Origin: an uncultured Candidatus Binatia bacterium
GTDB taxonomy: Bacteria; Desulfobacterota; Binatia; UBA9968; JAJDTQ01
Direction: 5' to 3'
Length of the DNA: 64,000 nt
NCBI GenBank assembly: GCA_965215605.1
Contig: OZ244070.1
Span: 2,976,001-3,040,000, forward strand
Part shown: positions 49,272 through 62,700 of the stretch, in pieces
Position numbering within the stretch: position 1 is the first letter of the stretch
Layout: the number at the start of each line of letters is the position of its first letter
Translations under genes and position numbers: made by a program
The notes under the pieces: model-generated
Database searches by the model: none
What the model was told of the DNA's origin: nothing
Seen by the model: the letters and a program-made list of their open reading frames with translations, nothing else

Positions 49272-51269
49272 CTACAATTGACTGTAGTACCAGTCTTCAT
49301 GGACCAGCGACATGGGCTCCAGGAGATCCTCGGAGATCCCGTCGATGAACTGTGAGGGACGCGAGAACACCATCCCCAGGGAACGGTCGTACACGCGCGC
49401 GGGATAGGCGAAGAACAGGTTTTCCTTGGCGCGGGTGGCGGCCACGTAGAGCAGCCGGCGCTCTTCCTCCAGCTCCTCCAGGCTGTTGGTGTTGTAGTAC
49501 GACGGGAACCGGCCTTCCAGTGCCCAGATGACGAACACCGAATGCCACTCCAGCCCCTTGGCGGAGTGGACGGTGGAGAGCACCAGGGGGCCTTCGTCGG
49601 GGTCCACCGGCAGGGCCTCGTCGACGCTGGCGGAGGGCGGATCCAGCGCCATGTCGCTCAACAGGCGCTCGATGCTCTGGTAGCGTTCGGTGATCTCCTG
49701 GAAGTGCTCCAGGTCCCGCAGCCGCTTGGGATAGTCGTCGGCGTGTTTCCGCTTGAGGATCGGAAGATAGTACTGCATCAGGTAATGGGCCATGTCGGCG
49801 GGGCGGGTTCGTTCCGCGCACTCGCCCATAACCTGGGCCAGGGTCTTGAGCCCCTGCTTCGTCCGGCCCCGCGTTTCCATCCGCTTCAAGGCTTGGCCGG
49901 GATCCGCCTCGGCCAGCATCTGGTCGATGAGCTTGCGGCTCATCTGGGGGCCGATGCCCTCCAGCAGCATCAGCACCCGGCTCCAGGACACCGCGTCCCG
50001 CGGGTTGCTCACCACCCGCAGATGCGCCAGCAGGTCCTTCACATGGGCCGTTTCCATGAACTGGAAGCCGCCGCGCTTCACGAAGGGGATGTCGTGGCGG
50101 GCGAGCTCGATCTCGAGGTCGAATGAATGGAAGCTCGAGCGGAACAGCACCGCCATGTCCCACAGCGGCACTCCCTCTTCCCGCAGTTCCAGCACGCGCT
50201 GGCACACGAAGCGCGACTGGGCCTGCTCGCTCTCCGCCTGGACCAGCACCGGGACATCGCCTTCGCTCTTGCTGCTGAACAGGGTTTTCTCGTAGCGCTC
50301 CGAGGCCCGGGTGATGATCTCGTTGGTGAGCCGCAGGATGGGCTGGGTGCTGCGGTAGTTTTCCTCCAGCGCGATGATCGTTGTTCCCGGAAACTCGTTC
50401 GGGAAGTCCATGATGTTACGGAAGTTGGCGCCGCGGAAGGAGTAGATGCTCTGGGCGTCGTCGCCCACCGCCATGACGTTGTCGTGGGTGAAGGCCAGCC
50501 GGCGGACGATGTCCGATTGAAGGCGGTTGGTGTCCTGATATTCGTCCACCATGATGAAGCGAAAGCGCTCCGACAACCGGCGCCGCAAGTCCTCGTGCGA
50601 GTCCAGGAGGTCCCGGAGGCAGGTGAGCAGATCGTCGTAGTCCAGCAGGGACTTCTCGCGTTTGTAGACCTGGTAGCGTTCCGCGATGGTCGACAGTTCC
50701 TCCAGGAAATCCGCCAGGTGCGGGTAATCGCGCGCCACGATGTCGGGGAGAGGCACCTGCTTGTTGCGCGCCAGGCTGTGGATCTCGGCGATGGTCTGTT
50801 TCCGCGGAAAGCGCTTCTCCCGGCTGTCCAGACCCATCTGCGAGCGCAGGAGCTGGATCACGTCCTCGCTGTCGGAGCGGTCCATGATGGTGAAGCTCGG
50901 CGCCAGGCCCAGGAGTTGGCCGTATTGCCGCAGCACCATGTTGCCGAAGGAGTGGAACGTTCCCCCGGCCACGCGCTCGCAACGGGAGTCGGTCAGAAGG
51001 CTCGCCCGCCGCAGCATCTCTTCGGAGGCACGGCGGGTGAAGGTAAGCAGCAGGATCGATCGCGGGTCGATGCCCCTTTCAATGAGCCGGGCCACCCGGT
51101 AGACCAACGTACGGGTCTTTCCGGTGCCGGCGCCGGCGACGACCAGGAGCGGACCCTCGAGGAAGGTCGCGGCTTGCCGCTGCGCCTCGTTGAGCTCATC
51201 CTCATAGGCGATGGGGGATCCGGTGCGCGACGGTGCCGTGTCGCTCCTTAGGACGTATTTGCGCGCCAA
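49272..51269 (-). CDS. UvrD/PcrA-family (SF1) ATP-dependent helicase
   Basis: AGAGTGKT, TFHS, VDEYQDTN, VGDDAQSIYSFRGA, ENYRS, HSAKGLEW, EEERRLLYVAATRA; TTG start at 51269 inferred. Confidence 0.92.
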   Translation of the reverse strand: MARKYVLRSDTAPSRTGSPIAYEDELNEAQRQAATFLEGPLLVVAGAGTGKTRTLVYRVARLIERGIDPRSILLLTFTRRASEEMLRRASLLTDSRCERVAGGTFHSFGNMVLRQYGQLLGLAPSFTIMDRSDSEDVIQLLRSQMGLDSREKRFPRKQTIAEIHSLARNKQVPLPDIVARDYPHLADFLEELSTIAERYQVYKREKSLLDYDDLLTCLRDLLDSHEDLRRRLSERFRFIMVDEYQDTNRLQSDIVRRLAFTHDNVMAVGDDAQSIYSFRGANFRNIMDFPNEFPGTTIIALEENYRSTQPILRLTNEIITRASERYEKTLFSSKSEGDVPVLVQAESEQAQSRFVCQRVLELREEGVPLWDMAVLFRSSFHSFDLEIELARHDIPFVKRGGFQFMETAHVKDLLAHLRVVSNPRDAVSWSRVLMLLEGIGPQMSRKLIDQMLAEADPGQALKRMETRGRTKQGLKTLAQVMGECAERTRPADMAHYLMQYYLPILKRKHADDYPKRLRDLEHFQEITERYQSIERLLSDMALDPPSASVDEALPVDPDEGPLVLSTVHSAKGLEWHSVFVIWALEGRFPSYYNTNSLEELEEERRLLYVAATRAKENLFFAYPARVYDRSLGMVFSRPSQFIDGISEDLLEPMSLVHEDWYYSQL

Positions 51270-51460
51270 GCCTGATCTCCAGTGATCTCCAGACGGTTGC
51301 CGGCGCGGGAGGCCGGCCTCGAGGCGTCCCGGAACCGCGGCGCCGGGACAGACCGGAAGGTTATCACAACGCGCCTTCCGCGGAAAGATTGGTTGTTGTA
51401 AACCCAAGGGTGAGGAACGCAATACTAGACAGGGCAGAAACACTCGATTGGATGGAATCC

Positions 51461-53125
51461 ATGGTGGCAGTCCGGTTCCGTCGCTTTTTCACGATCTTCG
51501 TATTTGCATCCGCACTCCTTTCGGGGGGGGCGCTTGCGCAGACCCGTCTCGACGGTGTGGTGGTCACGGACCACCACGCGGCGGTGAGGGCGGGAATGGA
51601 GATCCTGGAACAGGGCGGCAACGCCGTGGACGCCGCGGTGGCGGCGGCCTTTGCGCTGGCGGTGGTGGATCCGGCCTCGTCCGGCCTCGGCGGCGGCGGT
51701 GTCATGGTGGTCTACCAGTCCAGGGAGAAGAAGGCCCACGCGCTGGACTTCACCACGGTTTCGCCGGCGGTGGCCCCGGCGCTCTACCGAAGTGGAGCCG
51801 ACGTCCGCGTGAATCCGCCGGAGAGCGGCGCCCTGGCCGTGGCCGTTCCCGGAACGGTGGCCGGGCTCGCCGAGGGCTTGAAGAGGTTTGGCCGTCTGCC
51901 GTTGGAAACGGTGCTGGCGCCGGCCATTCGCTACGCCACGGAGGGGTCGCGGGTAACCCCCAGCCTTCGCCGTGCCATTGAGGACAATCTGCCCGCGCTG
52001 CGCCAACGGCCCAATTTCTCGCGCATCTTTCTCGATGCCGCCGGAGCGCCCCACGAGGTGGGAGGCCTCATCCGCCAACCGGAACTGGCGGAGACCCTCA
52101 GGACCATCGCCAGGGAGGGCGCGCCCGCTTTCTACGAGGGCGCCATCGCCCGGTCCATCGCGGCCCGGATCAAGAAGGACGGCGGCGCCGTGACGCTGGA
52201 GGACCTCAACAGCTACAGACCCGTGTGGCGTTCGCCCGTCATCGGCAAATACCGGGGCAGGACCGTGATCACGGCGCCGGCCCCGAGCGCGGGCGGGTTG
52301 GCGCTGGTGGGACTCCTGAACGCCATGGAGGGCTACGGCCCGGACCAGTTCCGCCACAACTCCGGGGCCTACCTGCACTTGGTGGCGGAGACCACCAAGG
52401 CGGGCACGGCCGACCTGCTGGAGTTGCTGGGAGACCCGGACTCCAACGAGGTTCCGGTTCAACGCATCACCTCCAGTGAGCGAGCCGCGGCAGTCCGCAA
52501 GCGGGTGTCCCTGGAGCAGGCCGCGCGCGGGCCCGTGGCCTCGCCGATGTACCGGTCGACAGATGACGACGGCACCAACCACATCGACGTGCTGGACGGC
52601 GACGGCAACGCGGTGTCCATGAGCGTTGCCCTCGGCAGCTCCTTCGGCGCCAAGGTGCTGGTACGGGAGACCGGCACCGTTCTCAACAACCAGATGCGGA
52701 ACTTTTCGCCCGGAGGCGGGTCTGACGAGGCGGAGAGCGCGCCCAACATGCTCAAGCCGCGGAAGCGTCCGGTGAACGGGATGACCCCGGCCATCCTGCT
52801 CGAGGACGATAGGCCGGTGCTGATCGTCGGCGCTTCCGGCGGCGCGCGGATCACCGGCGCGGTGCTTCAGACCATCCTCAACGTGCTGGACTTCCGCATG
52901 CCAGTGACCACGGCCTTGGCGGCGGCGCGAATTCATGTGCCCGCGGGCGAGCGGCAAACGGTGGAGGTGGAGACTGCCGTGAGCGAGGAGGCCGTAAAGG
53001 CTTTGGAGGACAAGGGGCACACGGTCCGCAGGACATCCCGGTTGGGAGCGGTTCAAGCCATCCGGGTCGAGGGGAAACGCATCACCGGGGCCTCCGACCC
53101 GCGCCAGACGGACCTGGCACGCTGA
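51461..53125 (+). CDS. Gamma-glutamyltransferase-family Ntn hydrolase with signal peptide; binding residues atypical
   Basis: GGNAVDAAVA, SGLGGGG, VAVPGTV, QPELAETL, GTNH, GASGGARI, GASDPR. Confidence 0.85.
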   Translation: MVAVRFRRFFTIFVFASALLSGGALAQTRLDGVVVTDHHAAVRAGMEILEQGGNAVDAAVAAAFALAVVDPASSGLGGGGVMVVYQSREKKAHALDFTTVSPAVAPALYRSGADVRVNPPESGALAVAVPGTVAGLAEGLKRFGRLPLETVLAPAIRYATEGSRVTPSLRRAIEDNLPALRQRPNFSRIFLDAAGAPHEVGGLIRQPELAETLRTIAREGAPAFYEGAIARSIAARIKKDGGAVTLEDLNSYRPVWRSPVIGKYRGRTVITAPAPSAGGLALVGLLNAMEGYGPDQFRHNSGAYLHLVAETTKAGTADLLELLGDPDSNEVPVQRITSSERAAAVRKRVSLEQAARGPVASPMYRSTDDDGTNHIDVLDGDGNAVSMSVALGSSFGAKVLVRETGTVLNNQMRNFSPGGGSDEAESAPNMLKPRKRPVNGMTPAILLEDDRPVLIVGASGGARITGAVLQTILNVLDFRMPVTTALAAARIHVPAGERQTVEVETAVSEEAVKALEDKGHTVRRTSRLGAVQAIRVEGKRITGASDPRQTDLAR

Positions 53126-53141
53126 CGGAGACTCGCGCCGG

Positions 53142-56037
<2,896 letters not shown>

Positions 56038-56132
56038 GTTGCCGTCACTCCTGGTCTGTTCCGCCACCATGGGCGTCTTGGTCAGGCTCCAATAAAGGGG
56101 CGCCTCGTCCACACGCTCTCCCGGTTCTTCCA

Positions 56133-57278
56133 TCAATCGAGGGCCTCCATGAGGATCTCCTGGGCCGCGGCCACACCCTTGCCGAGGGTGACCGGAAGAT
56201 CGAACTTGCGAAACGCCATTTCCAGCGCGCTGATGGCCACGATCACGTCGAAGGCGCCCATGTGGCCCACGTGGGCGATGCGGATGACTTTGCCTTGAAG
56301 ATGGTCCTGTCCTTCCGCCAGGGTGATGCCCATGCGCACCCGCAGAAATTCGAGCAGCGCGTCGCCGTCGGAGCCGTCAGGCACATAGAAACCGGTGGCC
56401 GCGGGACTGGGAGTACCCGGGGACAGAAGCTTGAGTCCCAGGGCGGTGGCCGCCGCGCGGGTGGCCCGGGCCATGCGGTCGTGCCGCGCGTAGACCCGTT
56501 CCAGGCCCTCGTCGCGCATGAGCTTCAGGGCGGCGCACAGCCCGAACACCAGCGACACCGCCGGCGTGTAAGCGGTGGAGCCCTTGGCCTGGCCCTTGCG
56601 CTCGCTCTCCAGGTCGAAGTAGAAGCGCGGCGAAGCGCTCTCCCGGGTGCGCTGCCACGCGCGGTCGCTCAAGCCGATGAAGGCCAGGCCCGGCGGCAGC
56701 ATCATCGCCTTCTGGGAGCCCGTCACCAGGACGTCGATGCCCCACTCGTCCATGGGCACGGACAGCACGCCCACCGCGGTCACGCCGTCCACCAGCAGGA
56801 GCGGCCCGTTGTCGCGCGTGAGGGCCGCGATTTCGCGCACTGGATGGAGGGTCGTGGTGGATGTCTCGCTGGCCTGGATCAGCACGCCCCTGGTGTCTGG
56901 ATTGGCCCGGAGCGCCTGTTCCACGGCGCTCACCTCCACGGCCTTGCCCCACTCCACCGGGATCTCCGCCACGTCGAGCCCGTAGGCGCGGCAGATGCGC
57001 AGCCAGCGCTCGCCGAACTTGCCGCCGTTGACCACCACGACCTTGTCGCCGCGTGAGAACAGGTTGGCCACCGCCGCCTCCATGGCGCCGGTGCCGGACG
57101 AGGCGAAAAGGATCACGTCGTTGGCGGTGCCGAACAGAGGCTTGAGCCCTTGGCGAGCCTCTTCCAGGACCGCCGCGAACTCCGGCGTCCGATGGTGGAT
57201 CATGGTCCGGGCCATGGCCAGTTGCACTTCGTTGGGAATGGGCGTCGGCCCGGGCGACAGCAGGTATTGCTTGATCAT
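56133..57278 (-). CDS. Class V PLP aminotransferase (alanine-glyoxylate/serine-pyruvate type), probable phosphoserine aminotransferase by context
   Basis: LSPGPTP, HHRTPEF, SSGTGAME, GKFGERW, GSQKAMMLPPG, RIAHVG; directly upstream of serA. Confidence 0.9.
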   Translation of the reverse strand: MIKQYLLSPGPTPIPNEVQLAMARTMIHHRTPEFAAVLEEARQGLKPLFGTANDVILFASSGTGAMEAAVANLFSRGDKVVVVNGGKFGERWLRICRAYGLDVAEIPVEWGKAVEVSAVEQALRANPDTRGVLIQASETSTTTLHPVREIAALTRDNGPLLLVDGVTAVGVLSVPMDEWGIDVLVTGSQKAMMLPPGLAFIGLSDRAWQRTRESASPRFYFDLESERKGQAKGSTAYTPAVSLVFGLCAALKLMRDEGLERVYARHDRMARATRAAATALGLKLLSPGTPSPAATGFYVPDGSDGDALLEFLRVRMGITLAEGQDHLQGKVIRIAHVGHMGAFDVIVAISALEMAFRKFDLPVTLGKGVAAAQEILMEALD

Positions 57279-57324
57279 GGCGTCACATCCGATGTGTGAA
57301 GTTGTCTGAATGGCGCAAAATCGG

Positions 57325-57365
57325 CTGGATCGAAGTTGACTGGATCGAAACAGGCTGGATGAATC
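57325..57365. repeat. Three direct repeats CTGGAT(C)GAA at 15-bp spacing
   Basis: CTGGATCGAAGTTGA / CTGGATCGAAACAGG / CTGGATGAATC. Confidence 0.6.
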
Positions 57366-57439
57366 GTGTCGAAGGACTGTCTCGATGTTCGTTCCGATGT
57401 TGCTTTCGGCGGGACATGGGCAAGACGGAATTTGCGCAC

Positions 57440-57476
57440 AAAAAAGCCTGAACCTCCCTCGCATAGAGACCCAGGC
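57440..57476 (-). terminator. Intrinsic terminator of the riboswitch expression platform
   Basis: Minus strand GCCTGGGTCTCT..GGGAGGTTCAGGC followed by TTTTTT; 5' arm overlaps the aptamer 3' end. Confidence 0.75.
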
Positions 57477-57560
57477 GTTCGGCCGTCCAGCAGTCAGGCG
57501 CGGCCAAGGCCGCGCTTGCACTCCCTCGTGGTAAGCTCCACATACACGCCAGTTGTGCGA
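57468..57560 (-). ncRNA. ZMP/ZTP (pfl) riboswitch aptamer
   Basis: Minus strand GCAC-AACTGGCG..GTGG-AGCTTA-CCAC-GAGGGA-GTGC, linker hairpin, then GCCGAACGCCTGGG; matches the pfl pattern with GGCG/CGCC pseudoknot. Confidence 0.85.
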
Positions 57561-57565
57561 CGTTC

Positions 57566-57594
57566 TTCGTAGCCCGGCAGGGCGGCTTTGTCAA
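57566..57594 (-). promoter_or_regulatory. Sigma70 promoter feeding the riboswitch
   Basis: TTGACA-N17-TACGAA; predicted TSS ~57560 coincides with the aptamer 5' end. Confidence 0.65.
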
Positions 57595-57670
57595 TCAGAC
57601 GGTGGCCATCGGGCGCCGCGCGACGGTCTCTTTCCATGTCCGCCGCGAGCGTATAAGTTTCCAATCCGTC

Positions 57671-58381
57671 ATGGCCAACGAACCCAAGATCATCTTCTTC
57701 GACATCGACGGTACCCTGGTGCGGTCCCGGAACGGGCACCTTGCCTTCAACGACGCCATTTTCAAGACCTTCGGCGTCCCAGGCGATATCCGTACCATTC
57801 GCCCGGACGGCAAGACCGATCCGATAATCCTGCAGGAGATCTTCGACGCTGGCGGCCACAAGGTGAAATGGCGTCCGGCCGACGCAGCCCGCTTCAGCCA
57901 GAGCCTGCAGGAATGCTACACCCGCGCCATCTCCGGAGGCTCGACGGTGATGTATGCGTTGCCCGGCGTCTTGGAGTTGGTGGGGGCGCTGAGCCGCCGG
58001 AGGGACCTCTGCCTCGGCGTCGTTACCGGCAACATGGAAGTTACCGCCCGCCTGAAGCTCCAGGCCGCCGGCGTCGGCGAGCACATCGGCCTTGGCGCCT
58101 TTGCCAGCGACTCCGCCAACCGCAACGACCTGCCGCGCATCGCCATGGAGCGATGGCGCGCGCATCTGAACCTCCCCGTGGAGCCGCGCCACTGCGTTAT
58201 CGTCGGCGACACTCCCCGGGACCTCGAAGCCGCCCGAACCAACGGCATGAAATGCCTCCTCGTGGCCACGGGCCGCTACCACCCCATGGAAGAGCTCCGC
58301 CACATCGAGCCCGACGAACTGCTGCCCGACTTCTCGGACACGCGGGCGGCGGTGGATGCGTTGATGGGGTTGTTCGGGTAG
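57671..58381 (+). CDS. HAD superfamily hydrolase
   Basis: FFDIDGTL, GKTD, VTGN, VGDTPRD. Confidence 0.9.
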   Translation: MANEPKIIFFDIDGTLVRSRNGHLAFNDAIFKTFGVPGDIRTIRPDGKTDPIILQEIFDAGGHKVKWRPADAARFSQSLQECYTRAISGGSTVMYALPGVLELVGALSRRRDLCLGVVTGNMEVTARLKLQAAGVGEHIGLGAFASDSANRNDLPRIAMERWRAHLNLPVEPRHCVIVGDTPRDLEAARTNGMKCLLVATGRYHPMEELRHIEPDELLPDFSDTRAAVDALMGLFG

Positions 58382-58410
58382 GGGAGGGGAGGAATTGCAG
58401 CGAGCTTAGG

Positions 58411-58462
58411 AAGTTTAGTAAGTTTATCGATTCTTTATAAACTAGGCTAAACTTGCTATAAG
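58411..58462 (+). promoter_or_regulatory. AT-rich nested inverted repeats with extended -10 upstream of the island ATPase
   Basis: AAGTTTAG(58411)...CTAAACTT(58454) enclosing AGTTTAT...ATAAACT; TGCTATAAG at 58454-58462. Confidence 0.55.
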
Positions 58463-58471
58463 TCTTCTTCA

Positions 58472-59659
58472 GTGGACCCGATACGTAACCCTTATGCCCC
58501 AGGGGCAGGCACGCAACCGCCTGAGTTGGCCGGTCGCGACGAAGTTCGGGAGTCGGCAAGAATCGCGCTGCAGCGCACCCGAAGGGGACGCCCGACCAAG
58601 AGCATCATCATGGTGGGCCTCCGTGGTGTCGGCAAGACCGTGCTGCTGGATGTTATACGGGAGCAGGCCGAGTCCAGCGGAATCTGCGCGCTTCGAATGG
58701 AAGCGCCTGAAAATCGGTCTCTTCCCTCGATTCTTGCCCCTCAACTGCGTGTGGCACTGCTACGGCTCTCGAACAAGGAGACAGCGAAGCACCTTGCGCA
58801 AAGGGCTCTGCGAGGGCTTGCGGGATTCGTGCGAGCATTGAAAGTGAAGTATCAGGACATTGAGGTCGGACTGGACGTCGACCCCGAGCCCGGGCTGGCG
58901 GACAACGGAGACCTGGAAAGCGATCTGCAGGACTTGTTCGAGGTTGTCGGCTCCGTGGCCAAGGCGGACGGGAACTGTTTGGCTCTTTTTGTCGACGAGC
59001 TTCAATACGTGAAAGAGGACCAGTTGGCGGCATTGATCACCGCATTGCACCGCACATCTCAGCGACGGCTCCCCGTTGTGATGCTTGGCGCTGGACTCCC
59101 GCAGGTGCGGGGGCACATGGGAAAGGCGAAGTCATACGCCGAACGGCTCTTCGAGTTTCCCGAAATCGGACCGCTGTCACGTGAAGATGCCAAGGTCGCC
59201 ATCGCCAAGCCGGCGAAGGACGAAGGGGTTGAAATAGAACCGGCCGCTCTCGACGCGGTCGTTGATCGAACGGAATGCTACCCGTATTTCTTGCAGGAGT
59301 GGGGAAAACACCTGTGGAATGTGGCGGAGCAGTCCCCTGTCACGTTTTCCAGTGTCGAGATCGCCTCCCGGCAAGCCATTGCCGCCCTCGACGAGAGCTT
59401 CTTTCTGGTGAGGTTTGAAAGGTTGACGCCGACGGAGAAGGAATATCTGCGCGCCATGGCACAACTTGGTCCCGGATCGCATCGCTCCGGCGACATCGCC
59501 AACACATTGGGCCGGCCGGTTACTTCCTTGGCGCCCATCCGGAGCCAACTGATCAACAAGGGCGTGATCTGGAGTCCAAGCTACGGAGACACGGCCTTCA
59601 CGGTGCCCATGCTTGACGAATTCATGCGGCGCATCATGCCTGGCGAACCGTGGCGTTAG
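58472..59659 (+). CDS. P-loop AAA ATPase with probable C-terminal winged helix
   Basis: NPYAPGAG.QPPELAGR, GLRGVGKT, LFVDELQ, YPYFLQEWG, C-terminal IANTLG..RSQLINKGVIWSP. Confidence 0.85.
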   Translation: MDPIRNPYAPGAGTQPPELAGRDEVRESARIALQRTRRGRPTKSIIMVGLRGVGKTVLLDVIREQAESSGICALRMEAPENRSLPSILAPQLRVALLRLSNKETAKHLAQRALRGLAGFVRALKVKYQDIEVGLDVDPEPGLADNGDLESDLQDLFEVVGSVAKADGNCLALFVDELQYVKEDQLAALITALHRTSQRRLPVVMLGAGLPQVRGHMGKAKSYAERLFEFPEIGPLSREDAKVAIAKPAKDEGVEIEPAALDAVVDRTECYPYFLQEWGKHLWNVAEQSPVTFSSVEIASRQAIAALDESFFLVRFERLTPTEKEYLRAMAQLGPGSHRSGDIANTLGRPVTSLAPIRSQLINKGVIWSPSYGDTAFTVPMLDEFMRRIMPGEPWR

Positions 59660-59794
59660 TCCCGAAATCACTTGCGGCCATTCAAGGACGTGCGCAAGGG
59701 GAGAATACGTGCGAGAAAGGGAAGCCCCATGGCAAAAAAAGAGAGTCCGGATTCCAAAAAGGGTAAGTGACGTACGACGCAAGGGTGAAGTGTC

Positions 59795-62700
59795 ATGTCC
59801 AATCCATTCTTCGAGCAGCCCGTCCTGAACTCGCCGTACGAGTACCCGAATCGCCATTGGGAACTGGACGACACCGGGCAACCGACCCAGAAGATCATCG
59901 ACCGCCGGAGGCCGGCGCAGTTCATCACGCCCATCCCGACGCCGAAGAAACGCCGCGGCTCTTCCGCCGATCAGGGCGCGATGCGTTTCGGCGACGGCAA
60001 CGACATTTCCACGGAGAACCAGCAGTACGAGCTCACCGCCATCATCAACAGCGTGCGCCAGCAGGTCGAGCGTTGGCGCAGCATACCGAACCCGCATCAG
60101 TGGCAGGTAACCCCTGAAACGGCCCGGCTACTTCAACACTGGCGCCATCACCGCTTCAGCGGCATTCGTCCCTTTTTCTGCCAGGTCGAGGCGGCGGAGA
60201 CGGTCATCTGGCTGACCGAGGTCGCTCCTCGGGCCGGTCGTACGGGCAGGCGGTTTCTCGACCACTTGGCAGACGCCAATCAAGAGGCCAATCCCGAGTT
60301 GCAGCGGTTGGCGCTCAAGCTGGCCACCGGCGCGGGCAAGACCACGGTGATGGCGATGCTTATCGCTTGGCAGACCGTCAACGCGGTGCGACACCCGCAG
60401 AGCCGCCGGTTCACGCGCGGTTTTCTGGTCGTGACGCCCGGCATCACCATCAAGGACCGCTTGAGGGTGCTCCAGCCCAACGATCCCGACAGCTACTATC
60501 AGAGCCGCGAACTGGTCCCGAACGACATGCTGCCGGACCTCCAGAAGGCGCGGATCGTCATCACCAACTACCACGCCTTCAAGCTGCGCGACCGCATGGC
60601 TCTTTCTAAAGGCGGCCGCTTGCTGCTCCAGGGCCGTGGTGAGGCGCTCGCCACCCTGGAGACCGATGGGCAGATGCTTCAGCGGGTCATGCCCGAGCTC
60701 ATGGGCATCAAGAACGTACTGGTGCTGAACGACGAGGCGCACCACTGCTACCGCGAGAAGCCGGAAAAGGACGAAGAAGGCGCGCTCAAGGGGGACGACA
60801 AGAAGGAGGCGGACAAGAACACCGAGGCCGCCCGGTTGTGGATATCGGGGCTCGAAGCGGTGGTGCGAAAGCTTGGCGTCAACCGGGTGTTGGATCTCTC
60901 GGCCACGCCGTTCTTTCTTCGAGGTTCAGGGTACGCCGAGGGGACGTTGTTTCCTTGGACCATGAACGACTTCTCCCTCATGGACGCCATCGAATGCGGC
61001 ATCGTCAAGCTTCCACGGGTGCCGGTGGCTGACAACCTCCCCGGCGATGAAATGCCCAAGTTCCGCAACCTTTGGGAGAACATCCGTAGCGAAATGCCGA
61101 AGAAGGGGAGGGGCAAAGGCGACACCCTCGACCCGCTGAATCTGCCGATCCTCCTCATGACCGCGTTGGAGGCACTGTACGGACACTACAAGAAGACCTA
61201 CGAAGCCATGGCAAGCGCGGGTATCGAAGTGCCGCCATGCTTCATCGTGGTGTGCAATAACACCTCCACCTCCAAGCTCGTCTACGACTACATCTCGGGG
61301 TTTCACCGTGAGAACCCCGATGGTTCAACCACGCTACAGAACGGGTGCCTGGAGTTGTTCCGCAACTTTGACGAGCACGGCAACCGTTACCCGCGACCCC
61401 GTACTCTGTTGATCGACAGTGAGCAACTGGAGTCGGGCGACACCCTGGACAAGGACTTCCGCAAGATGGCCGCCGAAGAGATCGAGCGTTTCCGGCGGGA
61501 GATCACGGAGCGCACCGGAGATCGCCAGAAGGCAGAGAACATCAGTGATCAGGACCTTCTTCGGGAGGTGATGAACACCGTCGGCAAGCCGGGACGCTTG
61601 GGGGATTCGATTCGCTGCGTGGTGTCCGTGTCCATGCTGACCGAGGGCTGGGACGCGAACACGGTGAGCCACGTGCTTGGCGTGCGGGCATTCGGGACCC
61701 AGTTGCTGTGCGAACAGGTCGTTGGGCGGGCGTTGCGCCGCCAGTCGTACGATCTCAATGACGACGATCTGTTCGACGTTGAATACGCCGATGTGCTGGG
61801 CATACCTTTCGACTTTACCGCAAGGCCCGTGGTGGTCCCGACCAAGCCACCGCGAGAGACGGTTCAGGTCAACGCCGTGCGGCCCGAACGCGATGCGCTC
61901 GAAATCCGCTTTCCCCGCGTCGCCGGGTACCGCGTGGAGTTGCCCGAGGAGAGGCTGACCGCCGACTTCAACGAAGACTCCGTGCTGGATCTGACGCCGG
62001 CCCTCGTGGGACCTTCCATCACGCGGAACCAAGGCATTATCGGCGAGGCCGTCGACCTCAATCTGGTTCATACGGGAGATATGCGGCCGTCGACACTGCT
62101 TTTTCACCTGACACAACGGCTTCTCTACACCAAGTGGCGTGATCCGGGTGAAGAGCCCAAGCTCCATCTCTTCGGACAACTCAAACGTCTGACCAAGCAG
62201 TGGCTTGACCGCTGTCTTGTCTGCAATGGCAACACCTACCCCGCCCAGCTCATGTACCAGGAGCTGGCCGATATGGCGTGCGAACGCATCACCGCCGCCA
62301 TCACCCGCGCCGAGATGGACAGTAGCCGACCCGTAAAGGCGGTGCTGGACCCCTACAACCCCGTGGGTTCCACAGCCCACGTGAACTTCACCACCACCAA
62401 GACAAGCCGTTGGAACACGGACGCCAATCGCTGCCACATCAACTGGGTGGTCCTGGACAGCGACTGGGAGGCCGAATTTTGCCGTGTGGCTGAATCCCAC
62501 CCGCGGGTAAGGGCATACGTCAAGAACCATAGTCTCGGTTTCGAGGTTCCTTACCGCTACGCGTCCGAAGCGCGGACCTACATCCCGGATTTCATTGTTC
62601 TCGTAGACGACGGTCACGGGGACGACGATCTCCTGCGCCTCGTCGTCGAGATCAAGGGCTATCGCGGGGAGGATGCCAAGGAGAAGAAGGCCACCATGGA

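Noticed and set aside
57325-57365. Possible mini-CRISPR array
   Set aside because: Repeats of ~10 bp with 5-bp spacers are far too short, and there are no cas genes
59729-59770. 13-codon ORF MAKKESPDSKKGK upstream of res
   Set aside because: Too short to support; could be a remnant or chance, with no independent evidence
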